51,963 nucleotides of DNA from an uncultured Candidatus Saccharibacteria bacterium (GCA_964383705.1 CAYLHJ010000005.1:1-51963); one strand, 5' to 3'. Counted from the stretch's first letter, positions 42,909 to 50,305 are shown. The notes: generated by a model not told the origin, from the sequence alone. Translations and numbers: made by a program.

Positions 42909-43246
42909 AGATCGTCGTAACCGGCGGCCGAGACTACGAAGATGAGGCGATGATCTACGACGTCCTGGACGGTCTTAGCCCCACTACACTCTTCGTAGGC
43001 GACTGCCCCACCGGCGCCGACAGGGTCGCCCGCGAGTGGGCGGAGACTACTGGCGTAGAGCTTCGCGTGTTCGAGGCTGACTGGACCAAACACGGGAAGG
43101 CTGCTGGTCCCGTGAGGAACGGCCAGATGCTCAACGCGGCCGGACCTGACTGCTTCGTGGTTGCGTTCAAGGGTGGACGCGGTACGAGCGACTGCGCTCG
43201 TCAGGCGGTTGGAAAGAACATGATCGTACTGAGGGTAGAAGCATGA
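42905..43246 (+). CDS. DUF2493 / YspA-like SLOG-family protein (start revised)
   Basis: ATGA coupling at 42905. 113 aa. VVTGGRDYED...GADRVAREWA...FEADWTKHGKAAGPVRNGQML...FKGGRGT is the DUF2493 pattern. Confidence 0.75.
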   Translation: MKIVVTGGRDYEDEAMIYDVLDGLSPTTLFVGDCPTGADRVAREWAETTGVELRVFEADWTKHGKAAGPVRNGQMLNAAGPDCFVVAFKGGRGTSDCARQAVGKNMIVLRVEA

Positions 43247-43467
43247 ACAGCCGAGTTAACAGCGTGAAACGTCTAGCGTTGCTCAGCACCATGCAGGGTG
43301 CCGGACGGTACCTTGAGTGCTTAGAGTTCTGGACTCGGACCTGGAAGGCGGACCTTCCGAAAGAGTTTGTTGACGAGGTTGAGAAAGACTTCGTTGAGTA
43401 CGCGCAGAAGATGACGGAAGCGCAGCTTCCCTTCAAGAAGATCGAGGCCATCGGTGAACTTCCGTAA
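43243..43467 (+). CDS. Hypothetical protein
   Basis: 74 aa, ATGA coupling. Confidence 0.55.
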   Translation: MNSRVNSVKRLALLSTMQGAGRYLECLEFWTRTWKADLPKEFVDEVEKDFVEYAQKMTEAQLPFKKIEAIGELP

Positions 43468-43999
43468 GAGTTTAGTCGTATCGCTGTTGATCCATACCGC
43501 GTGGACGTTGATGGTCGTAGGAGTCATCGCGTTAGGCGGTAAGGGAGAAGGCCAGAGAGGTCCTACAGGATCGCCGCAGCCTGAGCAAACTCCTGGACAG
43601 GGGCAGCTGCCTGAGGTGTTAGAGGTAGACATCATACCTCCTCCGAAGAAGCAGGACACGAACCCGGACGCTCCTGACCTGGACGAGGACGGCATCCTTC
43701 AGAAGGCTCCGCACGCGTCGGACGACTGCGATAGCTACTTCGGAGGCATCGGCATCACCCAGAGCTGGGTCTCGGACCCGAACGGCGAGGGCACGATCAC
43801 GGTGGTAGACGAGGTTCACGACGGGTACCCGGCCTCCCGAGCAGGCCTCATGAGAGGCGATCAGATACTGAACCGCGACGAGATACGCGGGAAGATCGGC
43901 ACTACCGTAGTCGTAGAGATCCGGCGACACGGGATGCAGATCAGCTTCATCATCGTTAGAGACAAGATCTGTACGTCACCAATAAAGGAGAGTCCATGA
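43454..43999 (+). CDS. Membrane-anchored PDZ-domain protein
   Basis: 181 aa. GTG start. N-terminal TM, Pro-rich linker, then GIGIT...VVDEVHDGYPASRAGLMRGDQILN...VVVEIRRHG (PDZ). Confidence 0.65.
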   Translation: MNFRKSLVVSLLIHTAWTLMVVGVIALGGKGEGQRGPTGSPQPEQTPGQGQLPEVLEVDIIPPPKKQDTNPDAPDLDEDGILQKAPHASDDCDSYFGGIGITQSWVSDPNGEGTITVVDEVHDGYPASRAGLMRGDQILNRDEIRGKIGTTVVVEIRRHGMQISFIIVRDKICTSPIKESP

Positions 44000-44574
44000 G
44001 CAAAGCAACATATATCGCCGTAGACACAGAAACCGGAGGGTTGGGAGGAGACGTGTCACTTCTGACCGCCTACCTAGCCATCCTGGACGAGAAGCTTGAG
44101 ATCATCGACGAGCTAGACCTCGCGGTCAAGCCGGACAACCACGTCTACCACGTGACCGCCGAAGCGCTGAAGATCAACAAGATCGACCTGGTAAAGCACG
44201 AGGAGAGAGCTATCTCTCCGGGGAAGGCGGGAGAGCTGTTCCGCGAGCTGATCAAGAAGCACTCGGACGGCGGGAAGAACAAGCTGATCCCGCTAGGTCA
44301 TAACGTAGCGTTCGACATGAACAAGCTGTACGACAACATCCTGAGCAAGAAGGAGGCTGAGAACTTCATCAGCTACAGAACGCTTGACACAGGCTCGACC
44401 GGTCGCTTCTTGATCGTGGCTGGATTGATCCCGGAAACCGTTACCGGAAGCCTAGGGTCATACGTGAAGCATTTAGGTGTCAAGGAGCGAGAAGCTCACA
44501 CCGCGCGAGGAGACGTTGAGATGACCATCGACGTCATGAAAGCGATGATCGGCCTTGTCGAACGACAGATCTGA
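43996..44574 (+). CDS. DEDDh 3'-5' exonuclease (DnaQ/RNase T-like)
   Basis: 192 aa. ExoI AVDTETGG, ExoII GHNVAFDMNKL, ExoIII HTARGDVEMT. Confidence 0.85.
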   Translation: MSKATYIAVDTETGGLGGDVSLLTAYLAILDEKLEIIDELDLAVKPDNHVYHVTAEALKINKIDLVKHEERAISPGKAGELFRELIKKHSDGGKNKLIPLGHNVAFDMNKLYDNILSKKEAENFISYRTLDTGSTGRFLIVAGLIPETVTGSLGSYVKHLGVKEREAHTARGDVEMTIDVMKAMIGLVERQI

Positions 44575-44983
44575 CACGCCCCATCACCGCTTGATCACCA
44601 AGCTTCGAAAGGTCGCGCACGAGCATGGCCTTCGCCTGCGCCGGACTAACATAAAGTCGGCGTCAGGGTTCTACGACCCGGCGACACACACGATCATGCT
44701 CAATCCCAATCACCCGGCTAGGGTGGTGATCTCGACGTTCTTTCACGAGCTGTCCCACTACCTAGATCATCGCGATGGACTGTTCAAGCGTTTCTACTCT
44801 CTAGCCACGCCGAAGTACGTGCTAAGGCGCATAGCGCTGCGGGCAGAGCGTCACGCGGACGAGCGTGGGCGCAAGGAGTGTCAGAAGATGTTTCCTAGGG
44901 TCAAGTACGTGGTCGTTTATCGGAGCAGCGTAGACGTTCACTACCTGAAGCTCTACTACAAGGATTGGCGAAAGAAGCGTTGA
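44555..44983 (+). CDS. SprT-like HExxH metallopeptidase-fold protein
   Basis: 142 aa. TTG start. SGFYDPATHTIMLNP...TFFHELSHYLDH. Confidence 0.55.
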   Translation: MSNDRSDTPHHRLITKLRKVAHEHGLRLRRTNIKSASGFYDPATHTIMLNPNHPARVVISTFFHELSHYLDHRDGLFKRFYSLATPKYVLRRIALRAERHADERGRKECQKMFPRVKYVVVYRSSVDVHYLKLYYKDWRKKR

Positions 44984-45008
44984 CACTGCCGGCCTAGCCT
45001 TATAGATT
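44980..45008 (+). promoter_or_regulatory. Sigma70-type promoter TTGACA-N17-TAGATT
   Basis: The consensus -35 embeds the upstream stop. Only 9 nt lie between the -10 and the ATG at 45018 (very short leader, or leaderless). Confidence 0.45.
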
Positions 45009-45017
45009 CAAGCTCGG

Positions 45018-45200
45018 ATGTGCTTGCTCTGCGTAGAGATCCAGAAAGGTAAGCTGACCGCCTCCGAGATCGCACGGAACTACCGTGAGATGTCGGACCA
45101 GGATCACGAGATGGACGTTCTCGTCGAGCTGGTTAAGGTGGGTCGCGCCGATGAGGTAGCGGACGCTCTGAGCAAGCTCTACGACGAGGAGAACCGATGA
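45018..45200 (+). CDS. Hypothetical protein
   Basis: 60 aa ORF. Confidence 0.5.
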   Translation: MCLLCVEIQKGKLTASEIARNYREMSDQDHEMDVLVELVKVGRADEVADALSKLYDEENR

Positions 45201-45424
45201 CCCGTCAGAACGCGAACCGCCGAATCTTAGAACTGCTGGAGTCTCTGGTAGAGACTCATCCCGACCAACGTTTCATGCAGCTTCTTTTCAACGCCGACGT
45301 TCTGAAGACTGATGAGTCGACGTCCTCGGACAACGGAAAACCTTCGGTAGTAAATGAGTATCACATCGAGTCCGTAGGACTCCTTGAGAGGGTACGTAAC
45401 AGTAAGATCTGGGAGGTCACATGA
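45197..45424 (+). CDS. Hypothetical protein
   Basis: 75 aa, ATGA coupling. Confidence 0.55.
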   Translation: MTRQNANRRILELLESLVETHPDQRFMQLLFNADVLKTDESTSSDNGKPSVVNEYHIESVGLLERVRNSKIWEVT

Positions 45425-45648
45425 GCGCAGAGTTCGTAAGCAGCACGAGTCCGTACGGTAAAGAAACTGAGACCCAAGTCGGGAACAACCTGTTCCAGGA
45501 CGTGGTAGCGAAGCCTTACAAGGCCGCCTACGACATGGTTCGAGCGTTGGGACCTCGCCAGCTGACCCCAGAACAACGCAAGCGCAAGGCTAAGAACCGC
45601 GCTAAGCGCAAAGGTCAGCGCGTAGCTCGGCGACGGAGTCGAGGATGA
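45421..45648 (+). CDS. Hypothetical protein with strongly basic C-terminus
   Basis: 75 aa. KRKAKNRAKRKGQRVARRRSRG tail. Confidence 0.55.
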   Translation: MSAEFVSSTSPYGKETETQVGNNLFQDVVAKPYKAAYDMVRALGPRQLTPEQRKRKAKNRAKRKGQRVARRRSRG

Positions 45649-45920
45649 GGTTTAAAACCAAGCCTATCGAGATCGAAGCGTTTGAGTACACGGGAGACGT
45701 CTCTGCGGCTCTAGCTTGGTCTGCCGAAGTGAGTCCAGGAATCTCAGCAGGAACCTATCTTTACGGTGTCGGTCGAGACGAAGACCCACAGCTGAAGATC
45801 CACACTCTTGAAGGAGACATGCACGTCTCCAGAGGAGACTGGGTGATCAAGGGACTTAAGGGTGAGTTTTATCCTTGCAAGCCAGACGTATTCGCTCAGA
45901 AGTATGAGAGGGTCGTATGA
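45645..45920 (+). CDS. Conserved phage hypothetical protein (GDWVIKG...EFYPCKPDVF motif)
   Basis: 91 aa, ATGA coupling. Confidence 0.6.
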   Translation: MRFKTKPIEIEAFEYTGDVSAALAWSAEVSPGISAGTYLYGVGRDEDPQLKIHTLEGDMHVSRGDWVIKGLKGEFYPCKPDVFAQKYERVV

Positions 45921-46447
45921 AGGTATACGTAGCAGGGCCGGACGTGTTCCGGCCTGACGCGCAAGCGAACGCTGACAAGGTGAAGCAGCTTCTCGCCAGC
46001 CACGGGATAGAAGCGCTGATCCCGATCGACAACGACGTAGACGTGGTAGGTAAGTCTTACTACCAGATCGCCACCGAGATCTATCAGAAGAACGTCAAGA
46101 TGATCGACGAGGCAGACGCCGTCATCGCGAACATAGAACCGTTCCGAGGCGTTCACATGGACCCGGGAACCGCCTTCGAGATCGGGTACGCCGTGGCCAG
46201 AGGGAAGCCCGTCTACACGTTCACGCCTTACGCAGGAACGCCGATCATAGGTCGGACGGAGTGGCGTCAGGAAGGCGACGTACACCGGGACGAGAAGGGG
46301 TGCTTCATCGAGAACTTCGGTGAGACCGAGAACTTGATGATCATCATCCCGTCTGAGGCTACCGTGAAGAGCGTCGAGCAGGCGGTAGCTTGTCTGGTGC
46401 GAGACAACACCGAGAGCCCGAACGATAGCTTCGAAGAGCACGCCTGA
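45917..46447 (+). CDS. Nucleoside 2-deoxyribosyltransferase-like protein
   Basis: 176 aa. MKVYVAGPDVF and DPGTAFEIGYAVARGKPVY match the Nuc_deoxyrib_tr family pattern. Confidence 0.75.
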   Translation: MKVYVAGPDVFRPDAQANADKVKQLLASHGIEALIPIDNDVDVVGKSYYQIATEIYQKNVKMIDEADAVIANIEPFRGVHMDPGTAFEIGYAVARGKPVYTFTPYAGTPIIGRTEWRQEGDVHRDEKGCFIENFGETENLMIIIPSEATVKSVEQAVACLVRDNTESPNDSFEEHA

Positions 46448-46677
46448 TGAACATCCTGAAGGCTAAACGAGTCGAAGAGCTGCGATGCGGACAGAGGATG
46501 CACTCCTGGCGTCGGATCTCTGAGATCATCTGCGACGAGTTTCCGGACGAGCCTCAGGAGTTGCACGGGAACCAACTTCACGGGATGGACCTTTGCAGAG
46601 ACGCTATGTGCTTCCTGGGCGGTTACGAGGACCTGAGCAATGTTCCTGACGCGGAACGAGACAGGTGGGACACTTGA
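46447..46677 (+). CDS. Hypothetical protein
   Basis: 76 aa ORF. Confidence 0.5.
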   Translation: MNILKAKRVEELRCGQRMHSWRRISEIICDEFPDEPQELHGNQLHGMDLCRDAMCFLGGYEDLSNVPDAERDRWDT

Positions 46678-46871
46678 TCCCTTTCAACAAGATCGAGTAC
46701 CCTACGTGCCCGAACTGTAACGTGCTGCAGAACAGCATGCAGATCTTCTCGCTAGACGACTTCACGACGCCCTACTTCAAGCTGAAGAACTGCCTGAGCT
46801 GTAAGAAGCCTTTCTTGCTGAAGGTCCGTGTCGAACTTTTAACCGAAGCTGTTCCGGTGGAGGACTACTGA
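46665..46871 (+). CDS. Zinc-ribbon protein
   Basis: 68 aa. CPNC...CLSC. Alternative TTGA-coupled start at 46674. Confidence 0.55.
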   Translation: MGHLIPFNKIEYPTCPNCNVLQNSMQIFSLDDFTTPYFKLKNCLSCKKPFLLKVRVELLTEAVPVEDY

Positions 46872-47059
46872 TGTCTGCAGAAGAGAAGTTGAAGAAGAAC
46901 ATCAAGGCGTTCTTGGAGGCCCTCACGGACTCTACCAAGACGCCTCACGTCTCAGACGACGTACGTTTTGAGGCTCACCAGATCCTTCAAGACGCGGACG
47001 CCTTGAACAAGGAGCAGATCGCGATACGGGTAGCAGCCCTTACCAAAGGGATCCCGTAA
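46871..47059 (+). CDS. Hypothetical protein
   Basis: 62 aa ORF. Confidence 0.5.
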   Translation: MSAEEKLKKNIKAFLEALTDSTKTPHVSDDVRFEAHQILQDADALNKEQIAIRVAALTKGIP

Positions 47060-47071
47060 CTTAGCTCGATG

Positions 47072-47101
47072 TTGCGCTTCGTACCGCAAGTGCGGTATGC
47101 T
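47072..47101 (+). promoter_or_regulatory. Weak promoter candidate TTGCGC-N18-TATGCT, with a structured leader
   Basis: Located in the 103-nt gap before the Prs-like gene. Hairpins TACCGC-aagt-GCGGTA and GCCGCC-tgatt-GGCGGT. Strong SD GAGGAGGA. Confidence 0.3.
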
Positions 47102-47162
47102 GGTGTGGAAGCCGCCTGATTGGCGGTAGCTGAGTCGGAAGGATAGTTCCGAGGAGGACGAC

Positions 47163-47939
47163 ATGATCACGCTGAACGGCCAACCGTTGCCGGTTACCTT
47201 ATTCCCAGACCGCACGTCTCAGGTGTGGAAGCTTCCCGAAGAGATCTTGACCAGGACGAACTACGCACACGTCGTGTGGAAGTTCGAGAGCGAGGGTGAG
47301 TTCCTTCACGTCGCTCAGCTCAAGGACCTGCTTGACGCGCACGGGATCGCCGCCACCCTGCGCCTTACGTACCTACCGTACGGACGACAAGACAAAGCTC
47401 TAAGCAACAACGCCACGTTCGCCCTGACCACCTTCGCGCGACTGCTCAACTCGCTGCGGTTCTACGAGGTAGTGATCCACGACCCACACAGCAGCATGGC
47501 GCTGCACCTGATCAACAACTCCCGCCCTCAGTACCCCAAGGCTCAGATCAAGCAGGCCCTCGCGGACTGCGAGATCGACATGGTCTGCTACCCCGACGCG
47601 GGCGCCCTAGAGAAGTACTCTAACACCTACGAACTCGACCGACCGGTGATCCACGGTGAGAAAGTTCGAGACCAGTCTACCGGAAACATCCTGAGCTACC
47701 AGCTCGTAGGAGACCCCAAGGATCGCAACGTCCTGATCGTCGACGACATCTGCGACGGCGGGATGACGTTCAAGCTTCTGGCCAGAGACCTGCTGGCCAA
47801 AGGTGCGAGGAGCGTGGTGCTCTTCGTCACTCACGGTATCTTTTCCCGAGGAACGAGAACCCTCTTCGAGACGGGTATCAAACGCGTGTTCACGGCCGAC
47901 GGAGAAGTCGGCCCGCGCACCTGGTCACAACAACTCTGA
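47163..47939 (+). CDS. Ribose-phosphate pyrophosphokinase (Prs)-family enzyme; candidate ADP-ribose pyrophosphokinase (NARP1 Adps-like)
   Basis: 258 aa, shorter than a typical Prs. LTYLPYGRQDK, HDPHS, and PRTase loop VLIVDDICDGGMTF. Directly upstream of the NAMPT-like gene. Confidence 0.8.
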   Translation: MITLNGQPLPVTLFPDRTSQVWKLPEEILTRTNYAHVVWKFESEGEFLHVAQLKDLLDAHGIAATLRLTYLPYGRQDKALSNNATFALTTFARLLNSLRFYEVVIHDPHSSMALHLINNSRPQYPKAQIKQALADCEIDMVCYPDAGALEKYSNTYELDRPVIHGEKVRDQSTGNILSYQLVGDPKDRNVLIVDDICDGGMTFKLLARDLLAKGARSVVLFVTHGIFSRGTRTLFETGIKRVFTADGEVGPRTWSQQL

Positions 47940-47954
47940 TCTTAGGAGATTAAG

Positions 47955-49430
47955 ATGAGAAACCTAAACCCGATGTTACTAGCCGACTTCTACAAGCTGT
48001 CCCACAGGGCCATGTACCCACACGGCACCGAGACGGTCTACTCAACCTGGACTCCCCGAGCGAGCCGTATCAAGAACGTGCTCGAAGCGGTCCACTTTGG
48101 ACCCCAGGCCATGCTCAAGAAGATCACCGACTTCTTCGCCCGCGAGTTCTTCGCCAAGCCGAAAGAGGAGATCGTCTCCGACTACGCTCGCGTCGTGAAG
48201 CATACGCTGGGCGATCCCAACCCCTACACCAAGCACATCGAGGAGCTTCACGACCTAGGGTACCTACCTCTCTCGGTCCGGTCTCTTCCCGAGGGGTCGG
48301 TGGTACCTATCCGCACGCCGGTCATGACGATCCAGAACACGCATCCTCGCTTCTTCTGGCTCACCAACTACGTAGAGACTATTGCGAGCTGTGAGATGTG
48401 GCAGGCTTCTACCTCGGCCACGATCGCTAGGGAGTACCGTCGTCTGCTCGACGAAGCTGCGATGGAGACCGTGGGCAGTACGGACTTCGTGCAGTTCCAG
48501 GGACACGACTTTTCGATGCGCGGCATGAGTTCGTTAGACTCTGCGGTGTCGAGCGGCATGGGACACCTGCTGTCCTTCGCAGGCACCGACACGGTCCCCG
48601 CGATCCAAGCTGCCGAGCAGCTGTACGGTGCGGACGTTACCAAGGAGCTGGTGGGCACCTCGATCCCGGCCACCGAGCACTCTATCCAGTGCGCGTACGG
48701 CGACGACATGGACTACTACCGAAACATGATCAGCCGAGTTCACCCCTCCGGCTTCGTGTCTATCGTGTCTGACGGCTACGACTTCTGGGACGTCATCGGT
48801 CGCGTCATCCCTGCCCTGAAGCAGGACATCCTGGCACGCTCTGGCGGACCTTTGGGAGACCGAGTAGTAGTTCGACCTGACTCCGGAGATCCGGTCAAGA
48901 TCGTCTGCGGTGATCCTGACGCTCCAGTCGGAAGCTTGGAGCACAAGGGCGCTATCGAAGCTCTGTGGGACATCTTCGGCGGAACGCTATCTCCGAAGGG
49001 GTACCGCCTGCTGGACTCTCACATCGGCCTGATCTACGGAGACGCTATCACCCTGCACCGCGCCAAGGAGATCGTAGGCCGCCTCAAGGAGAAAGGCTTC
49101 GCCTCTATCAACGTGGTGTTCGGCATCGGCTCGTACACGTACCAGTACAACACTCGCGACACGCTTGGCTACGCGCTGAAGTCGACCTTGTGCGTGATCG
49201 ACGGTCAAGAGGTTCAGATCTTCAAGGATCCCAAGACGGACGACGGGACGAAGAAGTCTCAGAAGGGCCGAGTGGTGGTTCTTAAGGACGGGAACTCGTT
49301 CAAGCACCTAGACGGCTTCAGCCTGTCTGACGACGTCAAGGGAGACCAGCTCGTAGAGATCTTCCGCGACGGGAAGCTCCTGGTCGACGAGAAGTTCTCT
49401 GAGATCCGCGCGAGGCTTCGCTCCGCGTGA
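47955..49430 (+). CDS. nadV: Nicotinamide phosphoribosyltransferase family enzyme (NadV/NAMPT-like; candidate NARP1 Namat)
   Basis: 491 aa. Aligns by eye along its full length with bacterial NadV: LLADFYKLSHR, FFWLTNYVET, HDFSMRGMSS, GTSIPATEHS, RPDSGDP, IYGDAIT, NTRDTLGYALK, KKSQKGRV. Confidence 0.9.
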   Translation: MRNLNPMLLADFYKLSHRAMYPHGTETVYSTWTPRASRIKNVLEAVHFGPQAMLKKITDFFAREFFAKPKEEIVSDYARVVKHTLGDPNPYTKHIEELHDLGYLPLSVRSLPEGSVVPIRTPVMTIQNTHPRFFWLTNYVETIASCEMWQASTSATIAREYRRLLDEAAMETVGSTDFVQFQGHDFSMRGMSSLDSAVSSGMGHLLSFAGTDTVPAIQAAEQLYGADVTKELVGTSIPATEHSIQCAYGDDMDYYRNMISRVHPSGFVSIVSDGYDFWDVIGRVIPALKQDILARSGGPLGDRVVVRPDSGDPVKIVCGDPDAPVGSLEHKGAIEALWDIFGGTLSPKGYRLLDSHIGLIYGDAITLHRAKEIVGRLKEKGFASINVVFGIGSYTYQYNTRDTLGYALKSTLCVIDGQEVQIFKDPKTDDGTKKSQKGRVVVLKDGNSFKHLDGFSLSDDVKGDQLVEIFRDGKLLVDEKFSEIRARLRSA

Positions 49431-49852
49431 GGTATCGTACAGGAAACTTGTTCGACGCTCCGAAGGGCTCCTACCTGCTCCACGCGTGTAACTGCGTGGG
49501 GCGGTGGGGCTCTGGAGTTGCTGCTGAGTTCGCCCGACGCTTCCCCAAGGCGTACGGAGAGTACAAGGCTAGATGCAAGTACGGGGTCAAGCCGGGAGAC
49601 ATCTTCATCAGCTCGGAGGAGAACGGGTACCGGATAATCGGCCTGTTCACGTCGAAGGACTACGGAGATCGCGTAGACTCTCCGAGCAAGATCATCGAGG
49701 CGACTAAGGTCGCCATCCGGAAGCTTCCTTACGATCGTCCGATCCACATGCCCAAGATCAACTCAGGACTCTTTCGCGTCCCGTGGGAGAACACGGCCGC
49801 GCTCTTCCTCGAAGAGACCCGAGACATCACCGTATGGGAAGTTTCTCCTTGA
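49427..49852 (+). CDS. Macro domain protein, Poa1-like (ADP-ribose 1''-phosphate phosphatase type)
   Basis: 141 aa. GTGA coupling to nadV. HACNCVGRWGSGVA, GLFTS and MPKINSGLFRVPWENTA parallel yeast Poa1 HSCNCNGSWGGGIA, LFTS and MPQINSGIFGVPWKETE. Confidence 0.8.
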   Translation: MRYRTGNLFDAPKGSYLLHACNCVGRWGSGVAAEFARRFPKAYGEYKARCKYGVKPGDIFISSEENGYRIIGLFTSKDYGDRVDSPSKIIEATKVAIRKLPYDRPIHMPKINSGLFRVPWENTAALFLEETRDITVWEVSP

Positions 49853-49877
49853 CCGCACCGGTTTAGCCGGGTAGCTT
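49849..49877 (+). promoter_or_regulatory. Sigma70-type promoter TTGACC-N17-TAGCTT driving the tmRNA
   Basis: The -35 embeds the macro-gene stop. The -10 ends 6 nt before G49884, the predicted mature tmRNA 5' end. Confidence 0.6.
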
Positions 49878-49883
49878 CTACAT

Positions 49884-50285
49884 GGGGCCGACGGGTTTCG
49901 ACGGTCTTACGTGAAAGAGAAGAGCAAGCCCCGGTTGGTCGAAGGCCGGGTAAAAATCGACCACACAACCTGCCAACTCCAAAGTTGTCAGCTTGGATGC
50001 TTTCCGCGCTCGCAAGGGCGTGTTGAGCCTCCAACTCGCGGCCTAAGAACCACGACGGGGCTACCTGAGCGCCTTGTAAACAAAGCCAGGTAAACCGGGT
50101 GTTCAGCCGGGTAAAAAGAGGAAAATGGGGTTGCCGGACCTCAAGAAGAAAACCGGTTGGTGGAGGAAGCAAAGGCGCAAGCCGGAGCGTCCCTAAGGTC
50201 TGAGCCGGACTTGAAACGGCCTAAGCTTGTAGACCCTCTCTGGAACCAAGATCGGACGGGAGTTCAACTCTCCCCGGCTCCACCA
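49884..50285 (+). ncRNA. ssrA: Transfer-messenger RNA (tmRNA, one-piece)
   Basis: 5' GGGGCCGACGGGTTTCGACGG and 3' GGACGGGAGTTCAACTCTCCCCGGCTCCACCA match canonical tmRNA ends. Acceptor stem GGGGCCG/CGGCTCC has G3:U. T-arm GGGAG-TTCAACT-CTCCC. Encoded CCA. Tag ORF runs from GCC at 49972 (nt 89 of the RNA) to TAA at 50044-50046: ANSKVVSLDAFRARKGVLSLQLAA. Confidence 0.92.
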
Positions 50286-50305
50286 CATTGAATGTACCCA
50301 AAGTT

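Noticed and set aside
49729-50172. Track ORFs overlapping the tmRNA: 49729-50172 on the minus strand and 49911-50093 on the plus strand.
   Set aside because: The region is fully explained by a canonical tmRNA with its own promoter. The only translated part should be the internal tag frame 49972-50046.
49884-50285. The tmRNA sequence, considered as merely an attP fragment (the 3' part of host ssrA carried by integrative phages).
   Set aside because: Both the 5' acceptor/TLD half and the 3' half are present, along with a tag ORF and a dedicated promoter, so it is a complete gene. Use of its 3' end as an att core remains possible and is listed as a hypothesis under the integrase finding.
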